A stretch of DNA of 64,000 bases from Epiperipatus broadwayi (lineage: Eukaryota; Animalia; Onychophora): NCBI GenBank assembly GCA_028023455.1, contig JAQFVV010000003.1, positions 31,186,001-31,250,000 on the forward strand. The letters are read 5' to 3'. Below are positions 53,401-64,000 of this stretch, piece after piece. Position 1 is the stretch's first letter. Every line of letters starts with the position of its first letter. The notes beneath the pieces were generated by a model that did no database searches, was not told the DNA's origin, and saw only the letters and a program-made list of their open reading frames with translations. A program made the translations under genes and the position numbers.

Positions 53401-56400
53401 AAGGCAAAATTTTGTTAAAACCCTCAGTGTTTGGTTGTACACCCTAAGACTTTCACCCTTAGCTCCTCTATCTGATTTAAACATGTAAATGGTCCATATG
53501 TTTTAAGAACTCAGAATCAAAATAATTACTAAAATAGTTTTTCAAAATATTAATGATTACAAAAATCATTCACAATTTCCATTACCATTTGTCTTGAATA
53601 ATAGCTATTTTGATGACAGCATGAACACAACCATAGTACCACCAACAAAATAATAACATTATGGTTTTATTTATAAAAAAAGAGTTGCATGATTCTTTTT
53701 AAATATATTGGCCAATTAGAAGACTTATTAATATCAAAATTGTGGCATAGATATCATTTTGAATGTTTTTTTAACTTTTAACCTTGGTGTCAAAGGTGTT
53801 TTTAACCGAATATATGCACCTGATGATAAGAGCTAGGTTTTTATCTGTTTCACCTTTAGTATGATAAACTAGAACAGTTTTATGGTGTTTGACATCAATT
53901 TGTAAAAACATCACATGATTACCATTTCATATGCTTACACATGCTGGTAATAAAATCCTAAGATTTAAATGCAGTGCTTTCATATCCAAGGCTTCTCACT
54001 AATGAAAACACAAGCTAAACATGAGTATGGAGATGTTGGATGAATAGCAGTAGATAGGGATTTTATGCCCAAATGTTCCTGCATCAATTCATTATAAAGG
54101 CGTGCAATTGAATGACTGTGTGGAGAGTTTGTACTCATTTATAATAAGTTATATATAATAAATACCAGTCATATAAATAACAATCAAAAATAAGGTATGG
54201 TTAAACTCAGATAATTTTTATTGATGTTTATTATGCCAGAAAATTAGTAAATTAAAAATACATAATTATTGTAGAAAAGAGCCATTATATCTAAAGTAAT
54301 ATCAAAGTCTATGTAATTGAAAGTTTTACTTCTAAAACTTCAGTGGCAGAAAATTTCCTATCATCTTTCTTCTCCAGATTTTATCTATTATCATTCTATG
54401 TAGCATCTTTCTTGTTCTGCATATTGTTTCCAAGATTATTTTCTTGATAGCAATGCTGTGATCGATTAAGAGTTTATTAATTTTAATTACTTTGTTTATC
54501 AGTGATTGCTAAAGATCAATAAACATCTTTGTATTGATTAATTAAATCTAATTAACAACATTAGCAAACTATTTAAAGTTTGCAGGCATTTACGTTTTCT
54601 AATTTATTACTTAAAATAAATCATTTACTTTATTTTTTATTTCTTACCTTTTATTTTAATCCATTAAATATATGTATATTAACTTTTAATGTGCACATAT
54701 TATTATGCCCAGTCACCAGACACAATAAAATTAGCACTGCTGATTTAGGTTATCAATATTGTAATATGACAAATAATCATGACTTAAAACATTTACCACC
54801 ATTAATAAAAACAGGTTATCATGAAATCTTAAAGAAAGTTGCACTCAGCCAGATTTTAATAGGAATTATAAAATGCAAAGGAAAAAAAAAACATGCTTTT
54901 TTTTTATTTTTGAAATAAAAAGAATTACTCTGTTAAAAATAAGTTCCCTAGGGGAATATGATTCAAATTGATCCCAAAGTACCCATTAAAACATATGTAG
55001 TCTTGCAATCTCGAGCTTCCCAACATATCTATTGGAACTAACATTTGAGAAAGCAACTGAACTATTTACATCCTACTCCTTCCTTAACTTACTCAAACGA
55101 TTGACAGATTATGTAATTTGGCTCAGAAAGTTAGTGGTGGTCCACAAATTTGAAGATTTTACAGGAGATTCCCTGAAGGATTACATCATCTAGTTTATAA
55201 AGGATTAAGATATACCATTCAAATAGTTAATGGATTTTAACATTATTTTAAATTTTGAGTCAACATCTGATCAGATTTTATAACTTTAAAAAAGTCTGTT
55301 AAGAGATAAACAAAATCAGAGAAGATAATAAAATTGTTTTATGGTATAAATCTGTATCACATTGCAATTAAATAACAAATCTCTAAGTCATAGAAAAATG
55401 TCTTGTTCCAAACATATAATAAAATATTTAATTTAAATCAGTTAGATGGGTTAAAAAATTAAACTCAGTAGTATGAATGACATTACTAATAATACTGTTA
55501 CTAGACTCTGGATCAACAATCTCCATTACATCTAAAAGATGGTTAGAAAGTATTAAGCCACACAAGTAGTAAAAATCATTAAAAATAACCAAGTTATATA
55601 CCAATCAAATAGATCACGATTGATTTAACACCCTAGGATATACAATAGTAAAAATAAATTAATTCAACAGTGTAACATACATTAAAAAAAGAATATTCAG
55701 AAGTGTTTAATAAAAAAATATTATGTTAACCAGCAGTTCTTTGAATAAAATTAAACTTGAAAGTGATCTTATGAAAACTTAAGACATAAGCCTTGACTGT
55801 ATCAAAATTTTGTATCATTATGTGTAGTCATAATATGAAGTGGATTCTTATTACCACCATGAACAAACAAGAACTATAAAATGTAATTGTAAAATCTAGT
55901 TTAAAAACTCTTTAGTCATTTTCCTAAAGATTAATTAATGATGGACTTTAGAACTAAAACAAAAACACTAACAAAATCCATCAGAGAAACTGATTTAGCT
56001 AAAAGAACAGACTGAAATCCTGAAGATCCAAAGAAAAAAACTGATATTTGAAACAATAACTCAGACATTCTCTTATAGATTAGCAGCTTTAAAAGTCAAT
56101 ACCTGAAGAAAATAATCAAAAAATACTATCACTTAAGTTATTTTCAAGACTAGATCACAATTGGGTGGATATTATTAATGATGAAGGAATATAATGATTA
56201 GACTTGATAAACTGATATTCCCATAACTATGAAATGGAGGAGAGAGAAAATAGATTAAAAAATTAATTAATTAATTATTAGACTAAAACAATGCAGTCAA
56301 TACAGTAAACAAACCAATCACAAGAATAGAATTACATTCAGCACATTTGCAGTCTATTTTTATAGGAATATCCATCTTCTGAACAAACTTTGAATTACAA

Positions 56401-57424
56401 TTATGAGCAATCATACGTTTACTTGTTAATAGACTGGCAACAATACAACAATTTAAATAGAAAATAAGATTGCACTCTTTTTGATCAATCACTCAAAAAG
56501 TCATGGACTAGAACTATTTGCTAGTCACTTCCATCCCTGGTTAAATTCAATTATGGTAAAATGTAAGGTCATATTTATTATTAGTAGCAACAAATAAAAA
56601 TGAACCCACTGCAAACGTTTTTTATAAATGGGTTAATAAAATACAATTAAAGCTATTTATCATCTTAATATTTGTTATCAATCACAACAAATTTATATAT
56701 ATAATAAAGAATTCAAAATTGAAATTAGACTAAGTATTGAGAGATTTTTTTATGATCCAGAGGCTTAGGACAAAGTGCAAATCATCAAATTTTTATTTTG
56801 GATTTTAAGTTATGAAATAGCAAAGATGATCATTGATTCAATAATTTCTTAAAATATATTCTTTATCTATCTATAATTCATGACATTACAATTATTAATT
56901 CAAAGGCACTGAAAGAAATCAGTGTATTAATTTATAAATACTATCAGAAATATATACAAACAAAATGTTTCAATAAAATATCTGGTTTGAATGTTTATTT
57001 TTTAAACTAACAATATTTTAAAATGTTGATCTCAAATCTTACACATGCCTTTAGATCTTCATATGAATAATCTATCCACGAATCTAATGTCACTAAATTG
57101 GTAGAATCAAGTGAGATTATTTATGGCTAAATAAATTACCTAACTTATAAATGACCAATCTCAGTTAATCAAAAAAAAAAAAAAAAGGCAAGTCTTTATA
57201 AAATAAAAATTAGGTAAGTTAAAACATATTATGGAAATAAATAAAAAATCTTTAAAAGTATCTTTTATTACAAGAAAACAATATTAATCTGTAACAAAAA
57301 TAAGATTTATATTCTTCCCATATATAATTGCAAGGAAATCAAGTCATATATCACATGATTTAATTTAATAAGCTTTTATTACAAATGTTATATAATGAGT
57401 GTACCAATAAGCTTTTCAGAATAT

Positions 57425-57473
57425 TCTTATCCTCAGACTGGTTTCTAGCTCTGGCTTTCATCAGTGGTTAAGA
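57425..57473 (-). ncRNA. Isolated minimal type I hammerhead relic
   Basis: Minus: tcttaacca CTGATGA aagc caga gcta GAAA C-CA-G TC^ tgaggataaga. The core is complete with a GUC site; stem I is interrupted and 10.1-11.1 is an A.A mismatch. Confidence 0.45.
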
Positions 57474-58289
57474 GCTATTGGCATGCTCATTATATAATCT
57501 TCCAAATATATACTTCCAAGAGGAATCATGATAATATTACAAATTAATTAAGTTTATGTCAATCTCAAAATTCAAAAAATCCACTGACAAAAAAAAAGAT
57601 TTGTAAAAGTAAATTTTTGAATGAAAATATTTAACATCTATATAACTTTAGCCAAATCAATTTACGAAAAGTTAATCTAAAAAAAAATGTATGGCTGATC
57701 TCATGGAAGAATCATTAAAAATAAAATGATTTGCTTTAGGACAGTAATATCTTATTTTTAAATCTTTAATATATTTTACTTGTTTAGTTTAAATAATTAA
57801 ATACTAAATCTATATATGATTGTGGGGTTATTGATTTTTCAAAATTGGCCAGATAATTGTATTAATTTTTGCATTATTATAATAATTTTTGACTAGTTCT
57901 TAGAATCTATATTATAGTAGAATCTCTTTATGAGACCTAACATTTATTAAAAGATCAATAAAATAATTTAGATTGTTTGCATTTAAATGCAAGTAAATAG
58001 TCAGATAAATAAAATATCAGGAGAATCATGATCATAAATTAAAATATCCATAATAGTTATTTAAGTATGTTATTTATTTACACCTGTAAATAGATTAATA
58101 CATATTTCTGTGATAAATGGAAGTTATTTTAGTATGATCAAATATAATAAATTTTATATAATTAATATATATTTAATGCCTGCTAATTCTATTATCAAAT
58201 ACTGTGTGTGTGACTCTCCATATATAAAGATAATAAAATATTGCATCACATGCAAAATATTTTTAAAATGTCATAAGTAGCTGTCACAT

Positions 58290-58395
58290 GTGGGAATGAA
58301 AAATAAAGTGGCTAACAGGTTTCTCTGGGCATAATTGTTGAGAGATTCTTGACTCCGTTTAAGGAGAAGCTATAGTACATCACATCACATCACAT
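58290..58395 (+). repeat. ~105-bp 3' fragment of the (CATCA)n-tailed LINE
   Basis: aacaggtttctctggg...gagattc...aggagaagctatagtacatcacatcacatcacat aligns with 5037-5115. Confidence 0.8.
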
Positions 58396-58518
58396 AAGCT
58401 CTACACTGAAATCAAGTTTTATAAAAAGTTTGGGGAATCAGAAATCAGAAAAGTGGCACAATCTTTAGGAAGTAAATTTTTTAATAGTTTCTGAGTGGGG
58501 AGAAATTACTAAAACTTC

Positions 58519-60739
58519 ATGTCTGCAAAAAACAAGAAAATTAGCAACAATGCTAAAAAGTCCAATATGAAAGACAATGAAACTAGATTTTTCAACAGTA
58601 AAACCTCCACAAAACCCAAAAATAATAAAAAAAATCATCCACAAACTAAACCTAAAGAATTTCCAGAAGAAAATGACATAAAAGATGATTTACAAAATAA
58701 TCATACTAAAGAAAATAATACAACCAACCCAAATAATCACAAATATAAAAGTAATAAAAAAGCGGAATCACGAGAAAATAAATCTAAAAATGTAGAAAAT
58801 AATTGTGAAAGAAATTCAAATGTTCAAAATAAAAAACCCTCAAAAAAATAATAACATTAAAGATAATTCAAGCCATAATCCCAGAACAATAAAAATAAAT
58901 CTTACCAGAAATAAAGCAGGAGAGAAAAACATCAACCACTAGAGGGCGACAAATACAGTAATATCATTAGTAAACAGTTTAACCTTTAAAAACAGTCACT
59001 AGATGAAATTAACAATAACAAAACACAAAAAAAGACTGGAGAGACCCCCTCGATCAAAACCAAAGTACAAATGGGGCATCAAAGCACAACTTGAGTATCA
59101 ATGTAAAATCATATTCCAATGCTGTTAAAAATAATGAAACCATCCAAGTTAACAAAAATCCTAATAAAAACCAACAAGACATTCCATTTTTAGATATGGT
59201 AGACTTTAATTATCAGGAGGAATTAAAACTAACAGAGAATATGAATGAAAGCAGTCAACCCAATGGGGCAACTTTCAATGAAGAACAATATCAAGAAATC
59301 AATATAAGGTTTAACAAATCTATTTCTGACTTATTGTTCAAATCTTTTTCAAATTATTCAAATGAAAAATCACTAATATTAGCAATTACAGATCTGCATT
59401 GCAATCTATACAAATTCTCCCTTGAAAAAAATCTACACCATGTTAATCAAAAAGGAAATACATAGTAGCATTTATAGGATCATTGCACACCCAAATGACA
59501 GATATATAATAGGTGAATTTAATTCATAGGCAGAGTGCAATTGCTTCAGAAATACAATCATGTCTCTGGACAATAAATACATTTGCATAATAGACATGAA
59601 TCGACCCATAATACTTACTTGAAAAATTAAAAACTGCCTAATTAATTTCAATGAACATGAATTGGAAAAAAATGTTGACCAAATATGGATCAGTTTCCAG
59701 ATTCAGATGCTGGTATGACCATAGGTATAAAGGTGAAATTTTAACAACACAGCATCATTTAATATATCTCTGCTGCAAGGGGTGGGACCCACTGACATTC
59801 CAACAGTGATTTACTCAAGAGAATCTCCGATTGTGGTAACTTTCCATAGGGTTCAACCTCAATGCTTTTACTGTTTAGAGAGAACCCACCTTATTAAAGA
59901 TTGCATGGCTAGAATATGCATGAATTGTGGGATCAGAAAGAACAGAATCCATAAATGTGTAAAAAAACAAATGCAAAAAAAAAGAAGACCCTAAAAATAC
60001 TGTAGAAAACATAACTGGCAACTATACACTAATGAAAATAAACATGAGCAAGTTGAATCCAATAAATATGGAAGAAATAATAGAAAATGCATTTAACAAT
60101 TCCATTCAGAATAAAACAAGCTTATTGAATGGCCCAATGAATACAGGCATGCCAAAACAAGACAGCACAAAGAATGAAATCCAAACAAACCAAGATCTGA
60201 CTAGCAGTGTAACAAAGAAATCTATAGAAGATATTGAATGGAAAGAATATGATTTGGATAATACTATAGTTGGAGATCAGATGGACACTACAAGTAAAGA
60301 AATAGACCCATCATGGCTAAATGAAGAATTAAATCAAGCATCAAATCAAATAAAAAGCAAAAAAAAGAGAAAGTCACAGTGCTCCAACAAGAACAGTTCG
60401 GATGAAGACTATACAGATAGAATAGGTGATCATGCAATGAAGCAAGATGCACAATTCCTGACACTAATCAAGAAGATTGACCCAGAAATTGAAAGGAAAA
60501 GAAGGAAAAAGGGTGGCTCAAGTCCAAAACCCAAACTACAAGAAAAGTACAAAATGAATAACCAACCCGCAACATTAAACACCAACCCAGTTACCCAAAT
60601 GCATTTTCAAGACCAAGATGAAGGCATCAATTATGGATTTGAGGATTTTCAGGACTCTCATTCCAAGTGGTCTCTCTCTGATGAGAGGAGAGATTACATC
60701 AAAAAACAATTATTCAATCTAATGATGGTATACCCATAG
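58519..60739 (+). pseudogene. Tx1-type ORF1 (K/N-rich N-terminus, twin zinc knuckles, acidic/basic low-complexity C-terminus)
   Basis: VQPQCFYCLERTHLIKDC..RICMNCG....IHKC matches the (G)QP..C..C...H...C knuckle pair typical of Tx1 ORF1; broken into several ORFs. Confidence 0.7.
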
Positions 60740-60839
60740 AAATAAGATGATTAAACAAATAGAATATTGGGAGAGAATAAAAGAGCAACCTCCAAGAGAT
60801 AGTATAGTCAATCTCCTATATGCCAATCCAACAAACAAT

Positions 60840-63800
60840 AATGAAAATTTGATATCTTCAGCATTAATGTCTGTGGACTTAATTCACTTGACAGGGTATT
60901 TGCAATCAGTAATTGGATTGACAAATACCAACCTAACATTACATGCATGGGAGAAAAATAATACACATTGGTTCAAATGATAAAATTCAACAAATTATGA
61001 ACTATGGTTTTTTCAAATGTTCCCTCTCATTAACTGCAACTGGGGAATGAGGGTTGTAATTCTCATTAACTCTAAGAAGAACCCTGCTTCATGCTTTAAG
61101 ATACTAGAAATTGACACCAACTGCATTATTATCAATCTCAAATATGGTCAATCTCAAATCAACTCAATCAATATCTATATGAAGAATGATCAAAACCTAA
61201 TCCACAAAGTTACAGTAAAATTGTGTACTTGCCACAAATCCATACCCAGTTCTGATTATGGGTGATTTCTATTTAGCATATAGTGCATTTAATAAGAAGT
61301 ACATCCACTTAATCAATCATGGTCTCATCAAAATGCCTTCTGTTTTTATACCAAAAGGACCACATCAATAATAGATTGGATCTATTACTCACCCATCTTG
61401 CATTTTAAAATTGAAGCAAAACTCTGGCCTGTGGTCTTTTCAGACCACAGCCTTAGTGGTCTCTCTAGATTTATATCAGAACCAAGCAGCCATGGAAAGT
61501 AACACCAAGACCATGAACATGCTGATGAGTCTCTCAGCACCAGCGTGAGTATTCTCTGAGGCCTACATATATTTTCAAAAAGTAAATATTTTGGAATTGC
61601 CAATCGAGGAGTCTTGGTTCTCCCTTATCAGTGTCCTACAATCAATAATTAATGATGCTACTCACAAAAACAAAGGCCCAACTTGGCTATTGGTTAACCT
61701 CATTAACATTGATGAGAAACTTAACAATAACCCCCTTGAAAAAATATTGATCTCATCCTAGGCTTCAAGTGTCAGTACAAGGATAGGCAGAAATCTCTTG
61801 CTGAGTACATTTCAATCAAAAGGGCAAAAGTATTTCTGTCAGACCAACAGAGTTGGTCTAAGAGTTATATCCATTGAGCACTGAGGTCAGCTAGTAAAAA
61901 AGCAGTTCCTCAATCAATAACAAGTGATGACAAATACTATATGGGCTCTGAGCTGATGCATATTATAAGAGAACACTTTAGAGTAAAACTCTAAACTGGC
62001 CAGATGGGAAGCAAAGAGAACATAATACAATTAGAAAATAATCAACCACATAAAATTATGGAGAGAAAAATACTGGACAAGCTAAAGGTACTCCTGGAAA
62101 GGGTTCATCCAGGAATACATGGAATACCAAAGTTCATCCTGCTCCATCTAGATAGATTCTCAGTACCTATAATCAAAAGGATGATAGCTTACTTGGGGGA
62201 TGAGCCCTATAACATCAATAATTTATACCCAATTTTCTCTTGTTCCCTTCTTTAAAAAAAGATGCAGCACCAGAACTTTCCAACCTCAGGCCCATCTCCA
62301 TGTGTCCTCTCCTAATCAAAGTCATTGAGCAATGAATAATATACAGAATTCCAAGGGAAAAAATCTATGAATCCATATCAGACTCACAATATTCTATGAA
62401 GGGAGAAATGATTGTCAATGCTATCAGTCAAATAAAATTCATGGTTGATTATATAAGAACAGGAAGGAAATTGTGTCGTCAAATAAAATTCATGGTTGAT
62501 TATATAAGAACAGGAAGGAAATTGTGTCCGATTGCAGTTCAAATTGATATTGCGGCATTCGATAATGTGAGGCCATCAATTCTAATCAAAATTATAAAAC
62601 AATACTAGGTGCAGGGGGTCTATTTGAGAATAATCAGCAATATTCTATCTAATAGAAACATCTATATTACCATGAATGACAAGGTAGCCTAGCCCCTGGA
62701 TTCAAATCAACTCTATCCATGCCACAGAGATCCCCACTTAGTACATTATTTTTTATGGTATACATAAATCCACTACTGTTGGAAATATGAAGGGTGTTAC
62801 CGGAGTATATATACCTGCTATTAGAAGAGAGGTGAAGCATATTAGGTTCATGGATAATATTCTGACTTGCCTGCCATTCCAGAAATTTATAAAAAAACTA
62901 GAGCTAATCTTAGACCAATATTTGGTGAAACACAAGTTGGAAATTAATAGACAAAAATCTGCAACATGGAAAATATCAACAGGATGGAAGCTCAAATCAA
63001 TCTTCACAGCCAATCCACAAAAATTTTAGGTTTCAATTTCCCCAAACCACCATCAGTAATAAGAAGAGCAATTGAGGAATCATTGTTGACATCAAACAAA
63101 CCACATCCTCTCTTTCAAAAGTTTACCTATCATTGAAGGATAAAGTCAGACTGCTTAACACATTATTATTCCCAAAAATCAGCTATTTCATGAATATGTT
63201 TAATCCCTTCCAAAAATTCATTAAGAAAATAAATTCAGAATGTGTGAGACTATTCTAGGGTGGTAAAACTATAGCTATAAGTTTACGGAAGCTACACAAA
63301 AAAAAGCCAGAAAATTTAATGACCTTGCACTCCACTCTATTCTTACACTCATCTTTCAAAGAAATTACAACAATATGTGCAGACTACAGGAAAGCCATAT
63401 AAAACAACGGAACAAGACACTATAACACTGACCGATAGGCCTCCACCAATACAACAGAATTGGACAAAGACTCTATGGGATAATGTGGGGAAATTTATTA
63501 ACATTGAAAATCATACTATTACTATAAAACTGATATATTGAAAAGCGTACAAACTTATGCATAGGGAAGATCAAATCGGCAATACCCTGCTAGGGATAAA
63601 CAATCAAAAAATCATGTTGGGCTCAAGACTTTGATACTTAGAGCCAAAATTCCTGGATTTCATGATTAAATTCAATTTAGATTCCATTCCCACAAAATCC
63701 TTCCTAGCCAATAAAAGAAACCACAAAAACATTGAACCAATTTGTCAAATATATGGGAAGAAAGAAGAATCAATTCACCATATCATCATGAGATGCACCA

Positions 63801-64000
63801 GATTAAGTATTCACAGAGTATTAATTACAAATTGGACAAAGGACTTAAATGCAAATGTCTTATCCATAAGAAGTTGTATGGAACATGGTGTTTTTGCACA
63901 AATTAGACTTTCCATTTTTCTTCAATTATGTGCTTTGGTGCCTCAGGTGCAAGATAGTAATGGAGCAGGCAGAAGATCCTTAAGGTTACATATTCGTGAA
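60840..64000 (+). pseudogene. ORF2: AP endonuclease, reverse transcriptase, C-terminal CCHC motif
   Basis: SINVCGLN, INIY, IDWIY, SDHS (APE); HPGIHGIP, LRPISM, IAAFDNV, PQRSPLS.LFF, FMDN (RT); KVRLLNTLLFPKISY; CQIY..KEESIHHIIMRC. Confidence 0.88.
62427..62528 (+). repeat. Perfect 51-bp tandem duplication inside the RT
   Basis: gtcaaataaaattc...aaattgtgtc occurs twice; QIKFMVDYIRTGRKLC is duplicated in frame. Confidence 0.95.

Larger units (their letters stand above)
58400..64000 (+). mobile_element. Near full-length decayed Tx1/L1-clade LINE, running off the window end
   Basis: A long ORF1 followed by an APE-RT-CCHC ORF2; see sub-features. Confidence 0.9.

Noticed and set aside
53818-53860. 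CTGATGA at 53820 (also 21295, 53340, 60676, 61525)
   Set aside because: No downstream GAAA or helices.
54940-56520. Possible extremely decayed Penelope ORF (PKVP, PRIY..K fragments)
   Set aside because: Motifs are too short and degenerate to support by eye; a tBLASTn or HMM search with PLE RT and GIY-YIG profiles would decide.

Overview
Strongly AT-rich, CpG-depleted, repeat-dense eukaryotic (probably metazoan) DNA. No intact long gene is present. Most recognisable sequence is transposon debris: a decayed Ty3/Gypsy pol (17.7-19.8 kb), a near full-length RTE LINE (42.6-46.1 kb, minus), two related Tx1/L1-clade LINEs (35.9-38.3 kb and 58.4-64 kb), a LINE family with a (CATCA)n tail, a hAT MITE, a young non-coding element with two 2,220-bp LTR-like repeats (8.4-13.6 kb) and an older gag-only LTR-like relic (24.2-30.2 kb). 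The main finding is three unrelated non-coding repeat families carrying type I hammerhead-ribozyme folds (8 copies). These are a ~420-bp tandem-plus-inverted array at 46.2-47.8 kb, a 275-bp foldback at 28.9-29.5 kb with a solo arm at 16.9-17.2 kb, and an isolated relic at 57.4 kb; they resemble retrozymes or Penelope pLTRs. Host-gene signal is limited to several short plus-strand candidate exons, some of which join in frame, and one 359-nt minus-strand terminal exon of unknown function. All alignments and folds were made by eye and coordinates of decayed elements are approximate.
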